32,000 bases of DNA from an uncultured archaeon (GCA_963704435.1 OY969902.1:450001-482000), one strand, 5' to 3'. Numbered from the stretch's first letter, positions 25,506 through 32,000 are shown. Notes: generated by a model from the letters alone, not told the origin. Numbers and translations are program-made.

Positions 25506-27824
25506 TCAGAGGCGATCGACGACCGTCTCGCCGTTCTCCTCCTTGTTCCTTGTCAGCACGTAAACCCTGGCGTTCTCAACCTGCTTGAGCATCTCGTCGT
25601 GGGTTATGATGAAGACCTGGTCGACTATCCTCGGCATTACCTCGCCTATCGACTTGACGAACTTCCCGAGCCCCTGCTGGTCTATGTTGTGCGTGGGCTC
25701 GTCCAATATTATCCACTTGAGATTGGGCACCAAGACCAGCGCGAAGGCCACGCGCATCGCGAGGCATGCGATGCTCCTCTCGCCTCCGCTCGCGATCGCG
25801 TTCACGTCCTCCCACTTCTGCCCGGCGGCGGATCCCGTCTTGACCTTGAGGGCGTAATCGTCTGCGGTCGGCTCGAGCGCGATTCCCTGGTAGTCGCCGT
25901 ACGGATACAGATCCGGCCATATCTCCTGCATTACCTCGTTTATCGAGCCGATGAGCCTTCCCCTGAGCGCGGTCTGCGTCTCCTCCAGCGCATTCCGGAA
26001 CTTCTTCAGGTTCTCCACAGCGTTCTTCCGGATGCTGACGTCATCCAGCATGCGCTCCAGCGTCTCCACCTCCTTCTTCTTCTCCTGGGCCTGGGCGGCC
26101 TTCTCTTTCGCGCGCTTCTCATCCGACTCGAGCAGCGTGCGCAGCTCCCTCAACCTCGTGCTCTGCGCAGTGAACGATTCCTGGAGCGAGTCCAGCATCG
26201 CCTGGCTGATTCCCAATGAACCAAGCTCGCCTTCTTTCTCCACTAGGAACTTCGATGCCTTATCCCGCTCGGCCATATGTCTCTCCAGCCTCTCGGCTGT
26301 CTCGCGCTTAGATTCAATCTCCAGCAGTCTTTCCTTGGTCTTTGACACTGCGTCGCTTGCGGACTCTTTCGCTGCGCGCAGCCTCTCGCTCTCCTCCTGC
26401 GCCTTGGCGAGCCTCTCTCGCCCCTTCGCAAGCCTCGCATCTATGTCCTTGTACTGCGCGAGCCTCTCCTCGATGGCGACAATCCTCTGCAGCTCCTTGG
26501 AATCTTCGTCATGGCTCTTTTCAAGCGCAGCAAGCTCATTGCCATTGCGGGCGATCGCGACATCGAGCTGCTTGACGATCTTTCTCTTGTCCTCAAGCAT
26601 CCTCGACCTCGCGTCCGGCGCGAGCTCCCTTTCGCAGAGGGGGCACTTGCCATCGTGGCCCTCGAGCTCCCTCAGCCACTTCTCGCCGTCGTTCCTTGCC
26701 GCCAGATTCGTGCCGTGCGTCTCGCGCAGCAGCTTGAGCCTTCCGTTTGCCGAACTGATGGCCTCCTCGAGCCTCTTCCTGTCCTTGCCTGCGTATTCCT
26801 TCCTGAGTCGGTCCCGCTCCTCCGACTCCCGCGCCGCGCTCTTTACGTCGGATTCGAGATTCACCAGGACATCGCGGGCCTTTCCCTCCTTATCGGAGGC
26901 TTCCTGCTCGAGCTTCTTCCGCGCCTTGAGCAATGCCTCGGACTCTTCCAGCGCCTTGAGGATGGCGGGCTTGCCCTCGACACCCTTCCTCTCCAGCTTC
27001 TCTATCTCTCCGCCTATGACGCCGATCCTGCTCTTCAGCTCCGCGGTCTCGCGCAGCAGGTTGGTCTTCCTCTCGAACTGGGCCTTGGCCTTGTTGAGCT
27101 CGGACTCGACGGCAGACTTCTTCCCTTCCTGAAGCCCGAGCTCCGCCTTGGTGGCCGCCACGCCCTTCTCCACTGCTTCTATCTCTTCCAGGAGCGATTC
27201 GTACTGCCCCCTGACCTTCCCCATGTCGAGCGCGGCCAGCGCCTTCTCGCTCTCGCCTATCGAGTCCCTTATCTTGTTTATCAGGGAACCGGAGTTGTCC
27301 TGCGCGAGCGCGAACTTGTCCAGTCCGAGCAGCTCGTCTATCTGCTCCTTCCTCTCCCCAGGCCTCAGTTCGAGGAAGTAGGTGAGCCTGTTCTGCTCCG
27401 AGTACACCGCCCGGGAGAAGAGGTCGTAGTCGACCTTGAGGAGACGCTCTATCTCCTCGTTGACCTTCTTGGGCTGCGACTGGATGTAAACGCCGCCCTT
27501 CGAAAGGGTGGCCTTTCCTGGGCCGTCTGTCCCTATCCCGCGCTCGACCTCATAGGAGTCCCCGTCTATGTCGAACTCCAGCTTCACTGACGCGCTGCTC
27601 TTCTGCTCGGGCCTGCTCATTATTATGTCGCCGACCCCGAGCCGCCTGTGCTGCAGCGCGGGGTACGTGCCGAACAGGGCGAAGGAGATCGCGTCCATTA
27701 TCGTGCTCTTCCCCGCGCCCATCTGCCCGAGAAGGATATTCGTGCCCCTTGAGAAATCTAGGCGCGTGTGCCCGTGCGTCTTCCAGTTAGTAAGCTCTAT
27801 CGCCTTTATCATAGGCGCCCCCAA
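25506..27824 (-). CDS. rad50: Rad50-type SMC ATPase with a zinc hook
   Basis: Walker A is LLGQMGAGKSTIMDAISFALFG. Long Glu/Lys/Leu coiled coils flank the hook HDGKCPLCEREL. The signature motif is ASGGERSIACLAMRVAFAL, Walker B is WIILDEPTHNID and the H-loop is FIITHDE. Length 772 aa. An alternative start lies at 27812 (MIKAIEL). Confidence 0.85.
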   Translation of the reverse strand: MGAPMIKAIELTNWKTHGHTRLDFSRGTNILLGQMGAGKSTIMDAISFALFGTYPALQHRRLGVGDIIMSRPEQKSSASVKLEFDIDGDSYEVERGIGTDGPGKATLSKGGVYIQSQPKKVNEEIERLLKVDYDLFSRAVYSEQNRLTYFLELRPGERKEQIDELLGLDKFALAQDNSGSLINKIRDSIGESEKALAALDMGKVRGQYESLLEEIEAVEKGVAATKAELGLQEGKKSAVESELNKAKAQFERKTNLLRETAELKSRIGVIGGEIEKLERKGVEGKPAILKALEESEALLKARKKLEQEASDKEGKARDVLVNLESDVKSAARESEERDRLRKEYAGKDRKRLEEAISSANGRLKLLRETHGTNLAARNDGEKWLRELEGHDGKCPLCERELAPDARSRMLEDKRKIVKQLDVAIARNGNELAALEKSHDEDSKELQRIVAIEERLAQYKDIDARLAKGRERLAKAQEESERLRAAKESASDAVSKTKERLLEIESKRETAERLERHMAERDKASKFLVEKEGELGSLGISQAMLDSLQESFTAQSTRLRELRTLLESDEKRAKEKAAQAQEKKKEVETLERMLDDVSIRKNAVENLKKFRNALEETQTALRGRLIGSINEVMQEIWPDLYPYGDYQGIALEPTADDYALKVKTGSAAGQKWEDVNAIASGGERSIACLAMRVAFALVLVPNLKWIILDEPTHNIDQQGLGKFVKSIGEVMPRIVDQVFIITHDEMLKQVENARVYVLTRNKEENGETVVDRL

Positions 27825-27832
27825 ATAAGCCT

Positions 27833-27857
27833 TTTAAGCGTCGAAAGTATATAATAT
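27833..27857. promoter_or_regulatory. Back-to-back A/T boxes in the rad50 / Mut7-C divergent spacer
   Basis: TATATAATAT (27848-27857) is centred about 27 nt from the rad50 ATG at 27824. CCTTTTAAGCG (27833-27843) is centred about 27-33 nt from the Mut7-C starts (27865 or 27871). Confidence 0.4.
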
Positions 27858-27870
27858 CGCTAGTGTGCGC

Positions 27871-28386
27871 ATGGGGAAGGTCTTTGCCGATGTTATGCTC
27901 GCCAAGCTCGCGCGATGGCTGAGGATGGCGGGCATCGCAGTGTACGACGCTCCTTTCATAGATGACGATGCGCTGCTCGGATCGGTCGAAAGGAGAGGGG
28001 GAGTGCTGCTCACATCGGACGAGCAGCTGTGCGCGAGGGCGAACAAGCGCGGGGTAAGATCAATCCTCGTTAAACAGGACCGCGTCGAGAACCAGATCGC
28101 CCTTGTCGCAACCGCATTGGGAGCCAGGGTTGCGGCGGAGCCCGCAGAGGTGTGTCCGGTCTGCGGCTCCAAGCTGGTCCGCATTGGCAGGAAGAAGGCG
28201 CAGGGCCTCGCGCCCGAGGCGTCATATCGGCACTACAGGCTTTTCCGCTTCTGCAGGAAATGCAAGAAGGCCTACTGGCACGGCACGCATTGGAAAAAGA
28301 TAAGGTCGAGACTGGAAAGGTCAAGAGCCATCCAGAAAAAGTCGCGCACTAGATCAGGCTCTCCTCGAGCACTTCCACTTCGTTGA
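27871..28386 (+). CDS. Mut7-C (DUF82) PIN-like RNase domain protein with a Zn-ribbon
   Basis: Motifs: FADVMLAKLARWLRMAGIAVYD...LLTSDEQL, plus CPVCGSKL...FCRKCKKAYWHGTHWKKI. The 3' end overlaps the convergent aEF-1beta gene by 38 nt. Confidence 0.8.
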   Translation: MGKVFADVMLAKLARWLRMAGIAVYDAPFIDDDALLGSVERRGGVLLTSDEQLCARANKRGVRSILVKQDRVENQIALVATALGARVAAEPAEVCPVCGSKLVRIGRKKAQGLAPEASYRHYRLFRFCRKCKKAYWHGTHWKKIRSRLERSRAIQKKSRTRSGSPRALPLR

Positions 28387-28594
28387 CGCCGCCGAGCTTC
28401 CTCAGCTTGTCTTCAATGTCTGAGCTGCCCTCCTTGTCGCCGTGGATGAAAAGAACCTTTATGACCTTTATGCCGAACGCTATGTCCTCGAGCTCTATCC
28501 CCCTCGGCTTGAGCTTTTCCTTTATCTCCTTCTTTACCTCCTCTTCCCTGCCGGCATCGGCGTAAACCCTGAAAAGGACGGCTACGTCGCCCAT
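28349..28594 (-). CDS. ef1b: Translation elongation factor aEF-1 beta
   Basis: ORF 28349..28693 trimmed to the internal ATG at 28594. The 81-aa product is MGDVAVLFRVYADAGREEEVKKEIKEKLKPRGIELEDIAFGIKVIKVLFIHGDKEGSSDIEDKLRKLGGVNEVEVLEESLI, typical of aEF-1beta. Confidence 0.85.
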   Translation of the reverse strand: MGDVAVLFRVYADAGREEEVKKEIKEKLKPRGIELEDIAFGIKVIKVLFIHGDKEGSSDIEDKLRKLGGVNEVEVLEESLI

Positions 28595-28761
28595 CAAGGT
28601 CCCTCGAACTCGCAGTCCTTGCACCGGTACTTGTTGTAGGTCTCGCGGCAGTGCTTGCACCTGGTTATGGTCGTCTTGCCGCATGCTGGGCACTTGAACT
28701 CAGTGTAGTCCGAAGTCAGCCTGCCGCAGGAACTGCATATCTTTCCGACTAATGGCTCCAT
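28594..28761 (-). CDS. Zn-ribbon protein (COG2888/DUF1610-type) commonly encoded upstream of aEF-1beta
   Basis: Hand translation gives MEPLVGKICSSCGRLTSDYTEFKCPACGKTTITRCKHCRETYNKYRCKDCEFEGP (55 aa, four CxxC pairs). Its TGA overlaps the ef1b ATG by 1 nt (TGATG). Confidence 0.75.
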   Translation of the reverse strand: MEPLVGKICSSCGRLTSDYTEFKCPACGKTTITRCKHCRETYNKYRCKDCEFEGP

Positions 28762-28820
28762 CGTTTCACTCAGTAGGATTATAGAATGTTATTTATAGGA
28801 AAACATATAAAAACGCATCA

Positions 28821-28895
28821 GGGCACGTGGTGTAGCTTGGATAGCATGGCAGCTTGCGGAGCTGTTGGCCGCGGGTTCAAATCCCGCCGTGCCCG
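28821..28895 (+). tRNA. tRNA-Arg (anticodon GCG)
   Basis: Hand-folded cloverleaf. Acceptor stem GGGCACG/CGTGCCC. D-arm GTGT-AGCTTGGATA-GCAT. Anticodon arm GCAGC-TTGCGGA-GCTGT. T-arm GCGGG-TTCAAAT-CCCGC. Discriminator G. No encoded CCA. Confidence 0.9.
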
Positions 28896-28931
28896 TAAAT
28901 GATTTATGCGCAGCGAGCCGATTAGAAGCTC

Positions 28932-29324
28932 ATGGTGAATCCCGTGAAGGCAGAAACCAAGGGGCTCGTGTACTCGGTGCAGGAGCATCACGCATCGCAC
29001 CTGCACTACGACCTGAGGCTCGAGCGCGACGGCGTCCTCAAGAGTTGGGCCGTGCCGAAGGGCATTCCTACCGACAGTTCCAGGAGATTGGCCATCGCGG
29101 TGGAGGACCATCCGCTCGATTACGCGTTCTTCGAGGGAGAGATACCGAAGGGCCAGTACGGCGCGGGCACGGTCAAGCTGTGGGACAGGGGAACGTACAC
29201 TGTCACAAGCTGGGGCGATAAAGAAATAGAGATACGCATAGACGGCAAAAAAATAAAGGGCGTCTACGCGCTCATCCGAATAGCTAACAAGAACTGGCTG
29301 ATCTTCAAGACAGCCAAAAGGTGA
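28932..29324 (+). CDS. Stand-alone LigD-type 3'-phosphoesterase (PE) domain protein
   Basis: Motifs: [33 protein letters not shown]...[37 protein letters not shown]. The His/Asp/Arg/Tyr catalytic positions of the LigD PE family appear conserved. Confidence 0.85.
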   Translation: MVNPVKAETKGLVYSVQEHHASHLHYDLRLERDGVLKSWAVPKGIPTDSSRRLAIAVEDHPLDYAFFEGEIPKGQYGAGTVKLWDRGTYTVTSWGDKEIEIRIDGKKIKGVYALIRIANKNWLIFKTAKR

Positions 29325-29328
29325 AGGC

Positions 29329-29344
29329 GGGGGCATAAGCCCCC
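29329..29344. terminator. GC hairpin between convergent genes
   Basis: GGGGGC-ATAA-GCCCCC lies in the 27-nt gap between the PE gene stop (29324) and the 74-aa gene stop (29352). Confidence 0.35.
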
Positions 29345-29351
29345 AAGAAAT

Positions 29352-29576
29352 CTACCTCCTTCCCCTTCTGTTCATCTTCGCTCTAGCGACATATCCGCTC
29401 TTGTCGATGAAGTAAAGATATCCTTCCTGCCTTGCGACTCTCTCAGTCCCTACCTTGGCCTTCCTGCCCCTGGAGTTCGTCTTCATGGGCGTTCTCCAGA
29501 CGTAGCCGTCCTTGCCAAGGAAGTACAGATAGCCATCTTCTCTGCTTACTCTCTCTCTTCCAACTCTTTCTGCCAA
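29352..29576 (-). CDS. Small basic protein (74 aa) made of two ~37-aa internal repeats; family not recognised
   Basis: Repeat 1 is VGRERVSREDGYLYFLGKDGYVWRTPMK. Repeat 2 is VGTERVARQEGYLYFIDKSGYVARAKMN. They share 17 of 28 residues. The linker and the RRGRR tail are basic. Confidence 0.6.
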   Translation of the reverse strand: MAERVGRERVSREDGYLYFLGKDGYVWRTPMKTNSRGRKAKVGTERVARQEGYLYFIDKSGYVARAKMNRRGRR

Positions 29577-29705
29577 TGTCTCACCGATAATAGAATTATG
29601 TATATCCTTTTATATCTATCGTCGGGCTACCGTCAGTAAAATATATGCCATACGCCGAGAAATGACCGGTTTTTATATCTTTCACTCAGAATTGTCTTTG
29701 ATTAC

Positions 29706-30449
29706 ATGATTGAGATAAAGCTGTTCAAGGACAGGAGCCTCAAGGGCTACTCCCTCATAGAGGGCTTCCCGGGGATAGGGCTCGTCGGGCCCATGGCAGC
29801 GAGCTACATGATCGAGAAGCTGGAGATGGAGTACATAGGGTACATTCGCAGCGACCTCTTCCCTCCGATAGCCGCGGTGCACAACGGCATCCCGATGAAC
29901 ACCGCGAGGATATACGCCGACACCAAGGACAAGCTGGTCGTCGTGCTCTCTGAGTTCACCATACCCACAAGCGTGGTCTACCAGCTGGGCAGCGAACTGA
30001 TGTCATTCATGAGGAAGAACGGAATAGGCAACATAATATCCATCGGGGGCACGCCCACCCAAAAGCAGGGCCCAGCTCCTTACATCATATCCTCAGATTC
30101 TGCGATGGTGAAGAAGGCGGCCGCGCAGGGCATAAAGAGGATACAGGAAGGCGTTATCGCCGGAGTTAGCGCTGTCCTGATGACGAGCGCGGATGAGTTC
30201 GGCATAACCGCCTCCAACCTGCTGGTCGAGGTAAATCCGGTGATAATGGATCCCAAGTACGCCAAGACCGCGATACAGGGGCTCCAGAAGCTGACCGGCC
30301 TGAAGATAGATCTGGCTGACCTGGACAAGGAGACCAAGGAGGTCGAGGCCAGGGTCAGGGAGATGCTTAAGAAGGCGAAGGACACGCACGAGCACTACAA
30401 TGAGGCCGCAGCGGGAGCCGGTGCGGAGGGCCCTTCGATGTACGCTTGA
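29706..30449 (+). CDS. PAC2-family proteasome assembly chaperone (PbaA/PbaB-like)
   Basis: N-terminal motif: LIEGFPGIGLVGPMAASYMIEKL. The C-terminal ...GPSMYA fits the HbYX motif (hydrophobic-Tyr-X) used to dock on proteasome alpha rings. Confidence 0.75.
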   Translation: MIEIKLFKDRSLKGYSLIEGFPGIGLVGPMAASYMIEKLEMEYIGYIRSDLFPPIAAVHNGIPMNTARIYADTKDKLVVVLSEFTIPTSVVYQLGSELMSFMRKNGIGNIISIGGTPTQKQGPAPYIISSDSAMVKKAAAQGIKRIQEGVIAGVSAVLMTSADEFGITASNLLVEVNPVIMDPKYAKTAIQGLQKLTGLKIDLADLDKETKEVEARVREMLKKAKDTHEHYNEAAAGAGAEGPSMYA

Positions 30450-30461
30450 CGCTTCTGCGGT

Positions 30462-30564
30462 GCGGGGGTGGCAGAGTCTGGTCTGGCAAAGCCACAGAAA
30501 AATGCGCAGGACTTAAGATCCTGTGGCCTCAGCGCCTTCGAGAGTTCAAATCTCTCCCCCCGCA
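30462..30564 (+). tRNA. tRNA-Leu (anticodon UAA) with a ~14-16-nt insertion in the D-loop (candidate non-canonical intron)
   Basis: Acceptor stem GCGGGGG/CCCCCGC, discriminator A. Anticodon arm CAGGA-CTTAAGA-TCCTG. Long variable arm. T-arm GAGAG-TTCAAAT-CTCTC. The D-stem halves GCAG...ATGC are separated by 27 nt. The gene is 103 nt long, against about 85-88 nt normally. Confidence 0.8.
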
Positions 30565-30615
30565 ATCATTAAGGAAAAGTATTGTTAATTTTGCATGCGA
30601 CAGATATTGAAGTAT

Positions 30616-30687
30616 GCCCCTGTAGCTCAGTGGTAGAGCGTCTGCATGGTAAGCAGAAGGCCGCGAGTCCAATTCTCGTCGGGGGCT
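30616..30687 (+). tRNA. tRNA-Thr (anticodon GGU)
   Basis: Acceptor stem GCCCCTG/CGGGGGC. D-arm GCTC-AGTGGTA-GAGC. Anticodon arm TCTGC-ATGGTAA-GCAGA. T-arm GCGAG-TCCAATT-CTCGT. Discriminator T. The T-loop deviates from the TTCRANY consensus. Confidence 0.8.
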
Positions 30688-30732
30688 GTACTCGCAATGC
30701 GAGGGCGCATCAAAGATTCGTAGGAGATTTAA

Positions 30733-31821
30733 ATGGACGGAGAGGTTGTCTATCTATTCGTATACGACGTGGGCACCAAGTTCACTGAGGAGCAGCTGAA
30801 AGGCATGCTCAAGAACCCCGAGGACTTCTCAAAGCACGAATACGCGAAACCCACCCCTGAGGAGATTGTCTCAATCAGGATACCCTTCATATTCAATCTC
30901 AAGGAGGAGACGCTGGAGAACAAGAAGGAGGTCCTGAAGTTCAAGGTCCAGTGCGCGATATACACGACAGGGAGCTACTCGATAAGGGTCAGGCACCGTT
31001 TCTCCCAGGCTGACGCGGAGTTCCTGAAAAGGCTGGCGTTCGACAGCGGCATTTGGGAGTTCGTGACGAAGGCGGAGCAGAAGGCAAAGGTGAAGGTGGA
31101 GGCGTCGCTGTCGAAAATAAGCCAGATAAAACCCAGCAGCCAGAACGAGATCTACAACTTCTATTACATCGAGGGCGAGAAGGGCGACATCGTAAGGAAG
31201 CACCGGAGCCTGATAACGGGAATGCTCATCGACGAGCCGAATCCCGATGCGCTGGAGGCCTCGTATTCCACGGAGGTCATGAAAAGGAGGCTATCGTACA
31301 CGGCCTCCGAAGTCACATATGTGGGATGGGAAAGCGCGGTCAGGATAGACACGGCGAAGTCGTATGAGTACGAGGTGCTTCTCGCGGAGATAGCCAATGT
31401 GCAGCTGCTGGAACTGCGAATACACCACGACGCCATATCGAAGAAGATAGCCGACACTGACGTCCTGATGACGCAGCTATTCAACCCGCGCAGGTTCTCG
31501 AAGGGAGTCGACCTCAGGAAGCTCAACCTGATGCTCGGGGAGCTCTACAAAAACACAAAGGATACGATAACCGCAGTGAACGACACGATATACGGGTTCG
31601 GGGACTGGTACCTGGTGAAGCTGTACGGCCTCTTCAACGACGTCTTCCAGATAGACGAATGGAGGGCCTACCTGGATCGGGACCTGCAGACGGTAGAGCA
31701 GAGGAGGGTCTTCGTCTCCGAGATAATAAGCAACAACGGACAGCGGTTGCTGGAGCTGATAGTCATCTCGCTGATAGTGCTTGAGGTGCTCCTGGAGGTC
31801 CTCTACCTGATCAGAATCTAG
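30733..31821 (+). CDS. Possible RMD1/DUF155-family protein with a single C-terminal TM helix
   Basis: A soluble ~330-aa domain starts GEVVYLFVYDVG. It ends in ...RRVFVSEIISNNGQRLLELIVISLIVLEVLLEVLYLIRI, and this C-terminal LExxVIxLIxxEVLL helix resembles DUF155. The assignment is from memory only. Confidence 0.4.
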   Translation: MDGEVVYLFVYDVGTKFTEEQLKGMLKNPEDFSKHEYAKPTPEEIVSIRIPFIFNLKEETLENKKEVLKFKVQCAIYTTGSYSIRVRHRFSQADAEFLKRLAFDSGIWEFVTKAEQKAKVKVEASLSKISQIKPSSQNEIYNFYYIEGEKGDIVRKHRSLITGMLIDEPNPDALEASYSTEVMKRRLSYTASEVTYVGWESAVRIDTAKSYEYEVLLAEIANVQLLELRIHHDAISKKIADTDVLMTQLFNPRRFSKGVDLRKLNLMLGELYKNTKDTITAVNDTIYGFGDWYLVKLYGLFNDVFQIDEWRAYLDRDLQTVEQRRVFVSEIISNNGQRLLELIVISLIVLEVLLEVLYLIRI

Positions 31822-31923
31822 GCGGTTCTCCATCGCGTTTTCCCTGCTTTGTTATTCTTGCGCGGACGCCTTCGGAAAGGCATAAATAACTGAAAAACCA
31901 AAGTGAACCGATAGCGTGTGCCA

Positions 31924-32000
31924 AGTGCTAGTGGGTAGGGTAACGGAAGTTAGGGGAACTTCCATAACCGTCGAGAGGGAAGGGAGGCTGGAGGAGCTGA
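31924..32000 (+). CDS. Partial CDS (N-terminus, runs off the right edge), unknown function
   Basis: Translation from the GTG at 31924 (or the in-frame GTG at 31915) gives (M)LVGRVTEVRGTSITVEREGRLEEL... GCATAAATAAC at 31879-31889 lies about 30-40 nt upstream. The VGRVxxVxGxxxxVE pattern is reminiscent of the N-terminal barrel of HerA/DUF87-type ATPases, but the fragment is far too short to call. Confidence 0.25.

Noticed and set aside
25951-27590. Two long plus-strand ORFs (393 aa, Ser/Leu/Phe-rich, and 359 aa) opposite rad50
   Set aside because: These are antisense readings of a Glu/Lys/Leu coiled-coil gene, where GAG, AAG and CTC codons read backwards as CTC, CTT and GAG. They show no motifs and extreme compositional bias.
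28818-29336. A 172-aa minus-strand ORF
   Set aside because: It overlaps the whole tRNA-Arg gene and the LigD-PE gene, both of which are well supported.
1-32000. CRISPR arrays, IS elements, integrases, toxin-antitoxin pairs or known defence operons
   Set aside because: I found no regularly spaced direct repeats, no transposase or integrase motifs, and no terminal inverted repeats. tRNA-adjacent regions (28.8 kb and 30.5 kb) are flanked by ordinary housekeeping genes rather than integrated elements.

Overview
This window looks like an archaeal chromosomal segment: GC-rich coding sequence with frequent AGG/ATA/AAG codons, short AT-rich spacers, and TATA-like boxes about 26-27 nt upstream of many start codons. 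All calls rest on reading the ORF translations for motifs I recognise, because no homology search was possible.

The content is mostly housekeeping:
- Cell division and secretion: two FtsZ paralogs and SecE.
- DNA replication and repair: FEN-1, a family-X polymerase with a PHP domain, Rad50, and a stand-alone LigD-type 3'-phosphoesterase.
- RNA metabolism: aCPSF1/FttA, a Mut7-C RNase, and a TRAM protein.
- Translation: aEF-1beta with its Zn-ribbon partner, eS26, and a half-size NFACT/DUF814 protein.
- Proteostasis: proteasome beta subunit, a PAC2 chaperone with an HbYX tail, and a site-2 protease.
- Metabolism: P5C dehydrogenase, glutamate dehydrogenase, pyrophosphatase and a NUDIX hydrolase.
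- Regulators: aMBF1, a tandem Lrp/AsnC fusion, and a small HTH protein.
- Three tRNA genes.

The only accessory-looking block (9.9-15.3 kb) holds two tandem MOP/Wzx-type flippase paralogs. They sit divergent from a 742-aa polytopic membrane protein whose C-terminal domain carries 13 N-glycosylation sequons.

I saw no CRISPR array, transposase, integrase or recognisable defence operon, and I cannot point to a clear-cut novel multigene system.

The most unusual observations are:
1. A tRNA-Leu(UAA) gene with about 14-16 extra nt inside the D-loop, probably a non-canonical intron.
2. An amber-terminated FEN-1 followed in frame by a 41-codon extremely basic ORF.
3. An orphan Rad50 with no Mre11, placed back-to-back with a Mut7-C nuclease and near PolX and a LigD-PE domain.
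4. A covalently duplicated Lrp regulator with operator-like repeats around its own TATA box.
5. A 74-aa internally duplicated basic protein of unknown family.

FtsZ together with eS26 and a non-canonical tRNA intron suggests a DPANN (Micrarchaeota/ARMAN-like) or similar lineage. That is inference only.
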